DNA from: Nannocystaceae bacterium ST9
GTDB taxonomy: Bacteria; Myxococcota_A; Polyangia; Nannocystales; Nannocystaceae
DNA length: 64,000 nucleotides
Assembly: GCA_048320885.1 (NCBI GenBank)
Contig: JBLWFJ010000001.1
Coordinates: forward strand, 5,889,697 to 5,953,696
Direction: 5' to 3'
Under the pieces are notes generated by a model. It searched no databases and was not told where the DNA came from. It saw only the letters and a program-made list of their open reading frames with translations. Shown one piece after another: positions 27,611-37,483 of the stretch (positions are counted from its first letter, which is position 1; each line of letters opens with the position of its first letter). The position numbers and the translations under genes were made by a program.

Positions 27611-30520
27611 TTACTCGCCCGCGTCGGCCTTGGCCCAGGCCTCGAGCTTGGCCAGGTCGGCGGCGGCTCGGATCCCGCCCGCAGCGAAGTCCTCGCGCGC
27701 GGCGGTCAGCAGCTCGGGCACGCGCGCACGCTCGCCGCCGGCCGCGAGCGCCTGGGCGAGCGCGAAGCGGGCCAAGCCGCGATCGATCGGATCGCTGCCC
27801 TCGCCGGTGGTCAGCATCACCACCGCGCGCTCGAGCTCGCGGATGGCCTCGCGCTCGCGGCCATTGGCCAGCAGCGCCTTGCCGAGCCCGAGGTGCGAGA
27901 GCGAGAGGTCGATGTGATCGTCGCCGAGCGCGGCCCGGCGAATCGCGAGCGAGCGCTGATAGCTGGCCAGCGCGAGCTCGAGCTTGCCGGTCTCGAGCTC
28001 CCAGTCGCCGCGCATGGTCAGCGCGCGGCCGACCAAGGGGTGATCGCTGCCGAGCGCCTTCTCGAGCGTGGTCACGGCCGCCTCGAGGTGGGGCCCGGCT
28101 TCGTCGGGCTTGCCGGCGAGCAGGAGCACGCCGCCGAGGTTCATCTCGATCAAGCCGACGTTGGGGTGCTCGGGGCCGTGCGCGGTGATCAGCAGATCGA
28201 GCACGCGGGCGAACATCGCCGCCGACTGATCGAACTCGGCCAGTCGCTCGTGGGCGAGCGCGAGGTTGTTGAGCGGCGGCGCGAGATCGGGGTGGGTGCG
28301 ACCGCGGGCCTTCTCGACGATCGCCAGCGAGCGGCGAAACAGCGTGGCCGCCTGCTGGTAGTTGCCGGTTCGCAGCTCGATCGCCCCGAGCACGTCGAGG
28401 CCGTTGGCGAGCTTGGGATGCTCGGCGCCGAGCCGGGCGCTGTCGAGCTGCAGGGCCTCGTCGATCCTGCTGCGCGCGGCGTCGAAGTGGCCGGCCTGGA
28501 ACTCGACCATGCCGATCTGTTGGACCAGGCTGGCGCGGTGGCTCGGCGAGGGCTCGTGCTGGCGGGCGAGCAGGGCCTCGCCGAGCTTGGCCCAGCGCAT
28601 GCCGGCCTCGTAGTCGGCGGCGTCGTAGCCGACGTTGAAGATCAGGCCTTCGATCGCATCGAGGGCGACGTCGTCGTCGCGCAGGCCGAGCGATCCGAAC
28701 GCGGCCTGCTCGAGCAGCGCGCGGGCTTGCTCGGGCTTGCCGGTCTTGTCGAGCAGGCGGCCGTGTTGACGCAGCACGTCGAAGCGCAGCGGGGCGTAGC
28801 CGGTCTGCTCGGCGAGCGGGACGAGCGGCTCGAGCTTCTCGAGCGCGCGATCGAAGCGACCGGCGCTGCTCAGCGAGCGGGCCTCGGCCTGGCCGATCCG
28901 AACGTCGTCGACCTGCTTGGCGATCGCCGGATCGGCCGGCGGCGGGACCTGGGCGCGCAGGCCCTCGGCGTCGTCGCAGCCGTCGAGCTGCGGCAGCGAG
29001 GCGACCACGTCGACGGCCTTGCGCGCGACCTGATCGTCGGCGCTCGCGAGCAGCTCGACGACCGGCGCGAGCTCGCGGAGCTTGCGGTCGTAGCAGGCGA
29101 TCCGCAGATCCATCAGCTCGGCCGACTGCTCGCCGCGGACCTCGGTCGCCTCGCAGGCGCCGGTCCGTCCGCTCGTCCAGCGCTCGGTCCACTCGCCCAG
29201 GCGGCGATCGATCTCGGCCGCGACGTCGGGCGCCCAGCTCTCGCTGCGGGCGGCGAAGGTCGTCGCGATCGCCTGCGCGCGCTCGGGGTTCCAGACCTCG
29301 GCCAACGCCGCGCTCGCGCCCGTGCACTTGGCCGGCGCTTCGACGATCGCGGGCGGCTCGGGCGAGCGCAGCAGCCCCCACGCCAAGGTCGAGGCGAAGG
29401 CCAGCAGCGCGCCGCCGAAGAGCAGGCGAGTGCGCCGACGTTGGCTGGGATCGTCGCTCAGCGCCGCGAGCAGGCTGGCCATGTCGGGCCAGCGCTGCTC
29501 GGGCTCGCCGGCCAGACCGCGGGCGATCAGCGGCCACAGCCGCGCGGGCAGCTTGCTCTCGGCCGGCGGCGGGATGACCTGATGGGTGATCACGTTGAAC
29601 GCGAGCGCCTTGTAGGTGGTGCCGGCGAAGGGCCGACGACCCCAGAGGCCCTCGAAGAGCGCGACGCAGAACGCGAACTGATCGGTGCGAGCGTCGGTCG
29701 CACGCCCGCGGTGCTGCTCGGGCGCCATGTAGGCCGGCGTGCCGATCACCGCGCCCTCGCGGGTGAGCTGCTCGGAGAGTCGGCTCGCGCCGCCGGTCCG
29801 CGCCCGCGAGGGGCCCGAGTCCGCGAGCTCGGACGCGCCTTCGTGCTCGTGGGTCGCGTCGGGGTCGACCTCCTCGCTGCGCGCGTCGTCGCCGGCGATG
29901 CCCTTGGCCAAGCCGAAGTCGAGCACCAGCACCCGCCGCTCACCAGCGGGGGTGCTCGGCTCGCTGACCAGCACGTTGTCGGGTTTGAAGTCGCGATGCA
30001 CGATGCCCTGCGCGTGCGCGGCCGCGAGCCCGCGCCCGGCCGCGACGAACACCTCGACGACCGAACGCCAGTCGCGAGGCTCGGCGTCGAGCCAGGCTCG
30101 CAAGGTCGAGCCCGGCACGTAGTCCATCGCGACGAACACCTGGTCTTCCCAGGTTCCGACGTCGAACACCGGCACGACGTTGGCGTGCGAGAGCTTGGCC
30201 ATCGCCTGGGCCTCGCGCAGCAGTCGGCTGCGAGCGAGCGCGCTGGTCTGGCCGCGCAGCAGCTTGATCGCGACCTTGCGATCGAGCTCGGGATCGTAGG
30301 CGCGATAGACCACGCCCATGCCACCTTCACCGAGCTGATCGACGATCAGGTAACGACCGAGGCGATCGGGCGTGCGCCGGCCTTCGCCGTCGCGCTCGCG
30401 CGTGCCCGAGCCCTCGGTCACTTCGAGATCGGCCGAAGGCGAGACGCGATCGGACGCGGCCGCCAGCGTGGCCGCGGTGGCGTCGTGTTGAACGATCGTC
30501 GGGTCGGCGGGCTTCGTCAC
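27611..30520 (-). CDS. Serine/threonine protein kinase with C-terminal TPR repeats
   Basis: Kinase subdomains GEGGMGVVYRA, AIK, HRDFKPDNVLV, DFG, APE, followed by a TM segment and about 500 aa of TPR. GTG at 30520 preferred over the R-rich upstream extension. Confidence 0.8.
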   Translation of the reverse strand: MTKPADPTIVQHDATAATLAAASDRVSPSADLEVTEGSGTRERDGEGRRTPDRLGRYLIVDQLGEGGMGVVYRAYDPELDRKVAIKLLRGQTSALARSRLLREAQAMAKLSHANVVPVFDVGTWEDQVFVAMDYVPGSTLRAWLDAEPRDWRSVVEVFVAAGRGLAAAHAQGIVHRDFKPDNVLVSEPSTPAGERRVLVLDFGLAKGIAGDDARSEEVDPDATHEHEGASELADSGPSRARTGGASRLSEQLTREGAVIGTPAYMAPEQHRGRATDARTDQFAFCVALFEGLWGRRPFAGTTYKALAFNVITHQVIPPPAESKLPARLWPLIARGLAGEPEQRWPDMASLLAALSDDPSQRRRTRLLFGGALLAFASTLAWGLLRSPEPPAIVEAPAKCTGASAALAEVWNPERAQAIATTFAARSESWAPDVAAEIDRRLGEWTERWTSGRTGACEATEVRGEQSAELMDLRIACYDRKLRELAPVVELLASADDQVARKAVDVVASLPQLDGCDDAEGLRAQVPPPADPAIAKQVDDVRIGQAEARSLSSAGRFDRALEKLEPLVPLAEQTGYAPLRFDVLRQHGRLLDKTGKPEQARALLEQAAFGSLGLRDDDVALDAIEGLIFNVGYDAADYEAGMRWAKLGEALLARQHEPSPSHRASLVQQIGMVEFQAGHFDAARSRIDEALQLDSARLGAEHPKLANGLDVLGAIELRTGNYQQAATLFRRSLAIVEKARGRTHPDLAPPLNNLALAHERLAEFDQSAAMFARVLDLLITAHGPEHPNVGLIEMNLGGVLLLAGKPDEAGPHLEAAVTTLEKALGSDHPLVGRALTMRGDWELETGKLELALASYQRSLAIRRAALGDDHIDLSLSHLGLGKALLANGREREAIRELERAVVMLTTGEGSDPIDRGLARFALAQALAAGGERARVPELLTAAREDFAAGGIRAAADLAKLEAWAKADAGE

Positions 30521-30630
30521 GCGGCGAGAGGATATCGCGTTCGGCGAGGTCGTTCGCCAAACTCGCGGCGAAGAACAGCGCTCGCGGCGTGGTCCGATTC
30601 GTCTCGGAAACACCCGATCGACGCGGCCGA

Positions 30631-31287
30631 TCAGCGCCGACGAACCATGCCCTCGTGGCCGAGGTCGGCTCGGATCGATCGGCGATCGAGCTCGGCGTCG
30701 GCGCGGCTCAGGTAGTTGCCGACCAGCACGCGATGGACCTCGCGTCCGTCGGCCAGCGTGGCCGTCTCGATGCTGGCGCAGGGGTTGAACGAGGGGAAGC
30801 CGCCCTGCTCGTAGAAGCCGTGCCACGAGCATCCCTCGGTTTCGAGCTCTTCGATCAGCGCCTCGGCGGCCTCGCGCTCGCGGGTCGAGAGCAGCTGCAC
30901 GGTGTAGAGGCTCGCGCTCTGCTCACGGGCGCTCGCGATCTCGGCCTTCGATCGCTGGCAGCTCGCCGCGACCAGATCGAAGAGCTGTTCGAAGTCGCCG
31001 ATCTCCGGCGGGTCGATCAACGAGCAAGTGCCGCTCTCGCTGGTCAGGTCGACGTAGCCCATGTCGACGGAGAGCCGGGCGTCGCCGGGCAGCAGCGCGT
31101 CGATCCGCGTCAACCAGTCGGCCGCGCTCTCGAGGTCGGCGTTCGCGGCCCAAGCATCGCCCTCGAGGATGCGGAGCTCGGTCTTCTCGCTCGCCGCATA
31201 GATGCCGTCCCAGCAGGCGTCGGCGGTGTTCGGGACCAGGGTGAGGGCGAAGGTGGAGAGCAGGGCGAGCGAGGCGGCGAGGCGCAT
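30631..31287 (-). CDS. SPOR domain-containing secreted protein
   Basis: Signal MRLAASLALLSTFALTLVP. C-terminal SPOR-like YTVQLLSTREREAAEALIEEL...HRVLVGNYLSRADAE. Confidence 0.55.
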   Translation of the reverse strand: MRLAASLALLSTFALTLVPNTADACWDGIYAASEKTELRILEGDAWAANADLESAADWLTRIDALLPGDARLSVDMGYVDLTSESGTCSLIDPPEIGDFEQLFDLVAASCQRSKAEIASAREQSASLYTVQLLSTREREAAEALIEELETEGCSWHGFYEQGGFPSFNPCASIETATLADGREVHRVLVGNYLSRADAELDRRSIRADLGHEGMVRRR

Positions 31288-31423
31288 GGTCTGGAGCTCT
31301 GCGAAGGGCGTGCCAGCGTCATCGAGGGCGCCGGGGCTGCTCGAGCGGGGCTCCGAGTCGGCGCTGCCTGGTCGAATCGCGAGCTGGACACGAATCGTGT
31401 CCGACCTGCGGCTGGCCTCGGAC

Positions 31424-33349
31424 TCAGAGCGCGCGCGGATCGGTGAGCCGGCCCGTGATCGCCGACGCGGCCGCGATCGCGGGCGAGACCAGATACACCG
31501 GCCCCGGTGAGCCCATACGGCGATCGAAGTTGCGGTTGGTCGTGCTGGCCGTGACCTCGCCCTCGAGCGGGATGCCGGGCCCGTTGCCGATGCACGAGCC
31601 GCAGCCGGGCTCGGTGACCACGGCCCCGAGCTCGACGAAGAGCGCGAGCAAGCCCTCGTCGCGGGCCGACTTGGCCACGTCGGCGCTCGAGGGCGTGACG
31701 GTGACGCGGACCTTGTCGGCCAGCTTGTGACCGCGCAGCACGTCGGCGGCGGCCCGCAGATCGGCGAGCGAGCCACCGGTGCACGAGGCGATCACGACGT
31801 TGTGGATCGGCACGTCGCCGACCTCGCTCAGCGACTTGCGGTTGCGCGAGTCACCGGGCGTCGCGACCGTGAGCGGGACCCGATCGAGATCGACCTCGAT
31901 CGTGCGCACGTACGACGCGCCCTCGTCGGGCGCGACGAAGCGCTCGGCGTACTCGTTGCCGCGCCGGGTGTTCAGGAATTCCCGCAGCGGCGCGCAGGGC
32001 TCGACGATGCCGGTCATCAGGCCGCCCTCGACGGTCATGTTGGTGATCACCGAGAGCTCGTCGACGTTCCACTGATCGAGGCCGGGGCCGCCGAGTTGGA
32101 TCACGCAGGTGTCGGTCGGCGACTCGCGCCACTGCTCCTCGCGGAAGAAGGGATCGCCGATCAGGTGCAGGACCAAGTCCTTGGGCGAGAGCACGCCCTT
32201 GGCGTCGCCGGTCACCCAGACCCGCACGGTCTTGGGCACGGTCACGGGGATCATCCCTGTCCGCAGCGCGAACGCCATCGCGGTCGAGCCGACCCCGAAC
32301 GCGAACGCGTTCATGACCCCGGCGGTCGGCGTGTGGCTGTCGGTCAGCACGATGATGTCGCCGGGTCGCGCGTAGTCCTCGACGACCAGGCGATGGCAGA
32401 CGCCGGCGGGGTAGGGGCGGCCGGGCCCGTGCAGGCGAATGCCGTTGCGCTCGCAGGCCTCGACCATCTCGGCGGTCAGGCCCTTGGCCGACTCGAGCCG
32501 GGCCTGCTTGACCCGCAGCGGCACGGTCGGCTGATCGATCAGCACGAAGTGGTCTTCGAACGCGGCGGCCAGCTCGGGCTGGTGGATCGGCGCGTCCTTC
32601 CACTCGGAGGCGTAGAGGTTCATGACCATGCCGCCGGTGTACTCGTGCATGCCGCGGAAGTCGGCCTCGCACAGGACCTGATCGCCGGGCGCGACCGAGG
32701 CCACCCCGAAGGGCTTGCCGGCGCCGACCCAGGTCTTGCCCGCGACGATCTTCTCGATGCAGGTCATCGGCCTCGCCTGGCGCTCGACCGCGTAGGTCGG
32801 CCCGACCTCGCCGGCCAGCACCTTCGAGCCGTAGCTGAGCAGACCACCCGCCGCGCTCACGGCCCGGAAGAAGGGCGGCAGGGCCTGGCCGAGCGCGGCG
32901 AGGTCGACGTCCTCGCCGGCCTCGAGCCGCCCGATCACCGAGAAGTCGGTGGTGAAGGGCAGGCCCGAATAGACCATGTTCTCCTGGAAGATCCGCTGGA
33001 AGCTGCGGGCCACGACCAGCTCGATGCCGGCGCCCTGGTGGGCGACCACGGCGACCTCGCGGCTCGACCCGCTGCCGTACGCGTCGCCACCGACCGCGAC
33101 CTGGAACCCGCCGGCACGGACCGCCCCGACCTCGACCGCGTCCTTGAAGTTCTGCAGGAAATAGGGCCCGAGGATCTCGCCGGTGTAGCCGAGCGTGCAG
33201 GCGGCCCCGTTGATCATCGCGTCGGTGTTGACGCCGAAGTGCAGCGCGGGCGGATCGGCGGGGTCGAACTTCGGATCGCTGCCACCGAGCTGTTGCTCGA
33301 GCGTCTTGCCGTCATCCGTCAACCACAGGATCCGTCCGGTCAGCTTCAT
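31424..33349 (-). CDS. Aconitase-family hydro-lyase with swivel (LeuD-like) domain N-terminal to catalytic (LeuC-like) domain
   Basis: N-terminus has GVNTDAMI...GSGSSRE (small-subunit signature). C-terminus has ...GSCIGNG...STTNRNFDRRMG (large-subunit Fe-S motifs). ATG at 33349 (MKLTG). Confidence 0.7.
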   Translation of the reverse strand: MKLTGRILWLTDDGKTLEQQLGGSDPKFDPADPPALHFGVNTDAMINGAACTLGYTGEILGPYFLQNFKDAVEVGAVRAGGFQVAVGGDAYGSGSSREVAVVAHQGAGIELVVARSFQRIFQENMVYSGLPFTTDFSVIGRLEAGEDVDLAALGQALPPFFRAVSAAGGLLSYGSKVLAGEVGPTYAVERQARPMTCIEKIVAGKTWVGAGKPFGVASVAPGDQVLCEADFRGMHEYTGGMVMNLYASEWKDAPIHQPELAAAFEDHFVLIDQPTVPLRVKQARLESAKGLTAEMVEACERNGIRLHGPGRPYPAGVCHRLVVEDYARPGDIIVLTDSHTPTAGVMNAFAFGVGSTAMAFALRTGMIPVTVPKTVRVWVTGDAKGVLSPKDLVLHLIGDPFFREEQWRESPTDTCVIQLGGPGLDQWNVDELSVITNMTVEGGLMTGIVEPCAPLREFLNTRRGNEYAERFVAPDEGASYVRTIEVDLDRVPLTVATPGDSRNRKSLSEVGDVPIHNVVIASCTGGSLADLRAAADVLRGHKLADKVRVTVTPSSADVAKSARDEGLLALFVELGAVVTEPGCGSCIGNGPGIPLEGEVTASTTNRNFDRRMGSPGPVYLVSPAIAAASAITGRLTDPRAL

Positions 33350-33531
33350 GGGCCCGGGAAGTATAGCGGTTGCGTCACACGCTCCGACCCGAGCGCAGGT
33401 CGGACGACTCACGCGCGCCGCTCTCGCTCGTTCGAAAACGAATCAGGCCCGGAGCCGTGAAACACGAGAAGCCCGCGTCGATCGACGCGGGCTTCTCGTG
33501 TTTGGGGCCCGCGGAAGGGCCTCCGTTCGGT

Positions 33532-34269
33532 CTAGTCCCGGTTCCCGAACAGGCGAAGCAGGAACAGGAACAGGTTGATGAAGTCGAGGTAGAGCGTCAG
33601 CGCTCCGTACACGGCGAGGTTCCCCTGCCCGCCGCTGGTCAGGTACATCTGCTTGAGCTTCTGGGTCTCGTAGGCGGTCAGGCCCGCGAAGATCAGCACG
33701 CCGATCACGTTGTAGATCAGGTAGGCGGTGCTGCCCATCATGCCGGGCACGAACATGAAGAAGATCGACGAGACGACCAGGCCGATCAGCGCCATGAACA
33801 AGAAGCGCCCGAGCCCGGACATGTCGCGCTTGGTCACGAAGCCGAACAGCGAGAGCGCGGCGTACATGACGACCGTGACCGCGAACACCGAGGCGATCGA
33901 GCCCAGCGAGTACACGATGAAGATCGACGAGAGCGACACGCCATTGAGCGCTGCGTAGAGCAGGAACATGGCGATCGCCGTGGTCGGGGCCATCTTGTGG
34001 ATCCGCGAGACGAAGATCCACACGAACACGACCGGCGCGAACACGAACAGCCAGATCAGCCCGCTGCCGAACAGGCTGATCATGACCGCGGAGTTCTGGC
34101 TGATCAGGAAGGCGACCAGGGCGGTGACGCCGACGCCGGCGGCCATCCACGCGTTGACGCGTGCCATGAATTGCTCGACACCGGAGGCGAGCTGGGCCCG
34201 GGGGTCGGCACTCACCCCGGGGGCGAACTGAGGCCCGTGGCCGTAGGGGTTTTGTTGCTGCGGCTGCAT
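33532..34269 (-). CDS. Bax inhibitor-1 / YccA family membrane protein
   Basis: Seven hydrophobic helices and characteristic BI-1 C-terminal region. Start MQPQQQNPYG at complement of 34267..34269. Confidence 0.8.
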   Translation of the reverse strand: MQPQQQNPYGHGPQFAPGVSADPRAQLASGVEQFMARVNAWMAAGVGVTALVAFLISQNSAVMISLFGSGLIWLFVFAPVVFVWIFVSRIHKMAPTTAIAMFLLYAALNGVSLSSIFIVYSLGSIASVFAVTVVMYAALSLFGFVTKRDMSGLGRFLFMALIGLVVSSIFFMFVPGMMGSTAYLIYNVIGVLIFAGLTAYETQKLKQMYLTSGGQGNLAVYGALTLYLDFINLFLFLLRLFGNRD

Positions 34270-34399
34270 GCGAGCAGTCTGACCACTGCGCGCGAGGCGG
34301 TCAACCCGGAGGTCAGCCCGGCATTCGGGTAGGGGCCGGCCGAGCTTCGCTTCGCGTTGTCGCTCGCGGGGCGATCGACGACGATGGCGCCTCCGGGCC

Positions 34400-35098
34400 A
34401 TGACGACAATCTCCGAGCGATCGCCCGCACGGTCGAGGGCTGCGTGGCCAGCGTTGCTGCTCGGCCTGCTCGCGGCCTGCCCCTCGCGCGATCGCGACTA
34501 CGACTTGCGAACCCCGAGCGACGTTCCGAACGGGCGCCCGAGCGGCTGCGTCGACACGCCCTTCCTCGGGCCCGATCCGTACAACGCCTCGCGCGGGATC
34601 GACTGCTCGCCGCGTTCGTCGCGAACCAACGTGACAATGCTGCGCGGCAAGGTCGTCGCCGAGGCGCTGGCCGGGCTGCCGGGTCCGGGGCTCGAAGGCA
34701 TGCTGGTCACGATCCATCCCCACGAGGGCACGCCCGTGCCGGGTCGCTTGCCCAAGCAGTTGGGCGAGGCCACGACCGACGCGCAGGGGACCTTCGTGAT
34801 CTCGGTGGTGCTCGACGCCGGGACCTACGTGATCGCGGTTCGACCCGCGGTCGATCAGGCCGCGGTCACGATCCAACAGATCGAGGTCGCCGGCCGCGAC
34901 TCGCAGCGCGAGCTGCTGCTCTTGGTCCCGATCGATCCCGAGCTGCGCGAGCGCGCCGAGGCGCGCGAGGCCGAGCTGCCCGAGCGGCCCGAGCTGCCCG
35001 AGCCGCCGCCGCCGAACGTCGACCCGCCCGCGCCCGAGCCCAAGCGCGAGGGGCCCGAGCCGCCTCCGCCCGTGCTGCCGCGACCGACTCCGCCTTGA
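34400..35098 (+). CDS. Hypothetical lipoprotein with Pro-rich C-terminus
   Basis: Lipobox LLAACPS. Central beta-rich region resembling a carboxypeptidase-regulatory-like fold. PEPPPP tail. Confidence 0.4.
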   Translation: MTTISERSPARSRAAWPALLLGLLAACPSRDRDYDLRTPSDVPNGRPSGCVDTPFLGPDPYNASRGIDCSPRSSRTNVTMLRGKVVAEALAGLPGPGLEGMLVTIHPHEGTPVPGRLPKQLGEATTDAQGTFVISVVLDAGTYVIAVRPAVDQAAVTIQQIEVAGRDSQRELLLLVPIDPELRERAEAREAELPERPELPEPPPPNVDPPAPEPKREGPEPPPPVLPRPTPP

Positions 35099-35145
35099 GC
35101 GAGCTTGCCAGGTCGGCCTCGGCCCGCGCATGATCGCGGCCCCGC

Positions 35146-35505
35146 ATGTCGCCCACCTTGCAGGTCATCCACACCCTCGCTGCGCTCGCTTGGGCCGACG
35201 GTCAGATCGGCGACGAAGAGGCGGCCACGCTGCACCGCTTCATCGCCTCGTTCTCGCTCTCGGACGCCGATCGATCGACCGCGGCCAACTGGCTCGCGGC
35301 GCCGGTCGAACTCGACACCACCGGCATCGCCGAGCTGCCCGAGGGTCGCAAGCTGGCGATGTATCAGGTCGCCGCGCGCATGGCCGTCGCCGACGACGAA
35401 GTCGGCGAGTCCGAGCGGGCGACGCTCGAGCGGCTTCGCGAGGCGCTCGGCCTCGGCGTCGACGTGGCCGCCGAGATCGAGTCCGAGCTGCCGCGGCACG
35501 ACTGA
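35146..35505 (+). CDS. TerB-like (tellurite resistance TerB / DUF533 family) protein
   Basis: ALAWADGQIGDEEAATLHRFI...MYQVAARMAVADDEVGESERATLERL, a TerB-type repeat of acidic helices. Confidence 0.6.
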   Translation: MSPTLQVIHTLAALAWADGQIGDEEAATLHRFIASFSLSDADRSTAANWLAAPVELDTTGIAELPEGRKLAMYQVAARMAVADDEVGESERATLERLREALGLGVDVAAEIESELPRHD

Positions 35506-35731
35506 GCTGGGCTGGGTTTCCGCGACCCGACCTGCCGACGAGCTTGGCTCGTCCGGCCGTGATTGCTGGGCGTCGCGTTTTGCCCCGCGGTCTGGCGCTC
35601 GCCGGCCGAAGGCCGCGTTGGTGCGCGCCGACGAGAAAAATTCGGACCCTTCAAATGGGTCGGTGACCGGTGGCTACTACCCCGATGCGCCGCGCCGAGC
35701 GTGCGGCGCGACCTCCGAGCCGAGCAAGCCG

Positions 35732-36565
35732 ATGTCCGAATTCACCACCCACGAGGTCAGCAGCGTGCCCAACCACTACTCGACCGCGGGCGACACCTAC
35801 TCGCCACCCACGGTCGACACGTACTCGCCGCCCGCGAGCGATACGTACCCGCCGAGCGACGACACCTATTCGCCGAGCGGCGGCGAGTGGTCGGTGCGCG
35901 TCGACGTCGAGCTGGTCGGTCACGCCGAGCTCGACGAGGAGGCCCGCCTGGCAGCGTTGGCGGCCGAGCTGCGAGCCATGACCCGAGACGCGTCGGTCGA
36001 CCTCGCGATTCGGATCGGGCGACTGGTGATCGATCGCCTCTACGCGGGCGACCTCTCGACCTGGCGCAGCCGCGGGGCCAAGGCTCACTCGCTGCGGGCG
36101 CTCGCGCGGCGAGCCGATCTTCCGATCAGCACCTCGGCGCTCTATCGATCGATCGCGCTGTTCGAGTTGGCCAGCCGGATGGGCGGCGTGTCGGAGTGGT
36201 CGGAGCTCGGGGTCAGTCACCTTCGCCTGGTCCTCGGCCTGCCTTGCGAGGAGCAGCGGCGCCTGCTCGATCAGGCCTGCGCGTCGAACTGGACGGTCGC
36301 CGAGCTCGAGCGCGAGACCACGGCCACGCGCGGACGATGCAGCGATCAGGGCCGCGGGCGCAAGCGCGGCGGTCGGCCTCGCCTGCCTCGCTTCGTCAAG
36401 TCGCTCAACCGGCTGCGCAAGTACGCCGAGGCGTCCGAGGAGCTGTTCGGAGATCTCGACGCGGCGGCCAGCATGGCGCCCGACGAGCTGGCCGAGCTGC
36501 GCGCGACCCTGGAGCTGGTCCGCTCGCGCTGCGACCAGCTCGAGCGGGCGCTCGCCGAGGCGTAG
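35732..36565 (+). CDS. Hypothetical protein with N-terminal (D)TYSPP repeats
   Basis: ATG at 35732. Four TYSPP/TYPPS repeats, then a helical C-terminus. The 5' 600 nt of the listed ORF is out of character. Confidence 0.45.
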   Translation: MSEFTTHEVSSVPNHYSTAGDTYSPPTVDTYSPPASDTYPPSDDTYSPSGGEWSVRVDVELVGHAELDEEARLAALAAELRAMTRDASVDLAIRIGRLVIDRLYAGDLSTWRSRGAKAHSLRALARRADLPISTSALYRSIALFELASRMGGVSEWSELGVSHLRLVLGLPCEEQRRLLDQACASNWTVAELERETTATRGRCSDQGRGRKRGGRPRLPRFVKSLNRLRKYAEASEELFGDLDAAASMAPDELAELRATLELVRSRCDQLERALAEA

Positions 36566-36574
36566 CAGGAGCGC

Positions 36575-37351
36575 TCACTCGCAGCTCGAGCCGAGGAAGC
36601 CCTCGGCTCCGAACTCGGCCGGCGTGCAGGTTCCGTCCTGGCAGTCGGCATCGGTCTCGCACTCGCCGCAGAGCCCGATGCCGAACACCTGCGTGCAGAA
36701 CCCCTCGCACTGCTGATCGCCGGCGCCGCTCGGATCGCAGAACTGATCGTCGGGATGGGTGTTCGGCTCGATGCAGGTCCGGTGGGCGAAGCCGTGATCG
36801 AGGTCCAGCAGCGGCGCGCAGAGCTGGCCCTCGACGCACTCGCCGTCGTCCTTGCATTCGCTGCACGCCGAGGACGCGAACACCTGCGCGCACGAGAGGC
36901 CCTCGGCACAGACCTCGTCGGTCTCGCAGGACTGCCCGAGGCTACCGTCGCCGCACTCGAGGTAGCCCTCGTTCGAGAGCGTGCAGTTGTCGCCCCCGCA
37001 GTCGGCGTCGCTCGTGCACTCCGAGCACACCATGCCGAGTGCTTGGATCTGCGTGCAGAACAGCCCCTCGGCGCAGTCCGACGTGCTCGCGCAGGCTTGC
37101 CCGGGATCGCCGAGGCCTCCGGTCGAGTCGGTGTCGAGCGGGACGAAGCCCGAGTCGTCCTCGCTGGAGGTCGAGTCGCTGGAGGTCGAGTCGCTGGAGG
37201 TCGAGTCGCTGGAGGTCGAGTCGCTCGAGCTCGAAGCCTCGCTCGCGTCCGAGGTGTCTCCGACTTCGTCGTCGACGTCGACCGGGTTGGTGCAGCCGAC
37301 CACGAACCAACAAAACAGGGATGTGGAGAGGACAGATCGCTCGATTTGCAC
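36575..37351 (-). CDS. Secreted cysteine-rich repeat lipoprotein (myxobacterial Cys-rich repeat type)
   Basis: Lipobox FVVGCTNP, acidic Ser/Asp linker, about 30 Cys in repeated C..C..D.DC..G.C units. Confidence 0.65.
   Translation of the reverse strand: MQIERSVLSTSLFCWFVVGCTNPVDVDDEVGDTSDASEASSSSDSTSSDSTSSDSTSSDSTSSEDDSGFVPLDTDSTGGLGDPGQACASTSDCAEGLFCTQIQALGMVCSECTSDADCGGDNCTLSNEGYLECGDGSLGQSCETDEVCAEGLSCAQVFASSACSECKDDGECVEGQLCAPLLDLDHGFAHRTCIEPNTHPDDQFCDPSGAGDQQCEGFCTQVFGIGLCGECETDADCQDGTCTPAEFGAEGFLGSSCE
37165..37240. repeat. 15-bp in-frame tandem repeat (GTCGAGTCGCTGGAG x about 5) encoding (SSDST)n linker
   Basis: Visible directly in the sequence at 37171..37235, inside the Cys-rich lipoprotein gene. 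Confidence 0.7.
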
Positions 37352-37483
37352 CTCGGCAATCTGATTCGACGCACGCGAGTCGCCAATCGAAGCAATCGAT
37401 GAATGCGATTGCCACCCGCGTGGGGACGCGGGTGTAAGCGCAATCGTCGATGTCGGTTGGCCGACTCGCGTGCGTCGGAGCGG

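Noticed and set aside
27236-30715. 1159-aa plus-strand ORF
   Set aside because: Antisense to the Ser/Thr kinase-TPR gene, which has all kinase subdomains.
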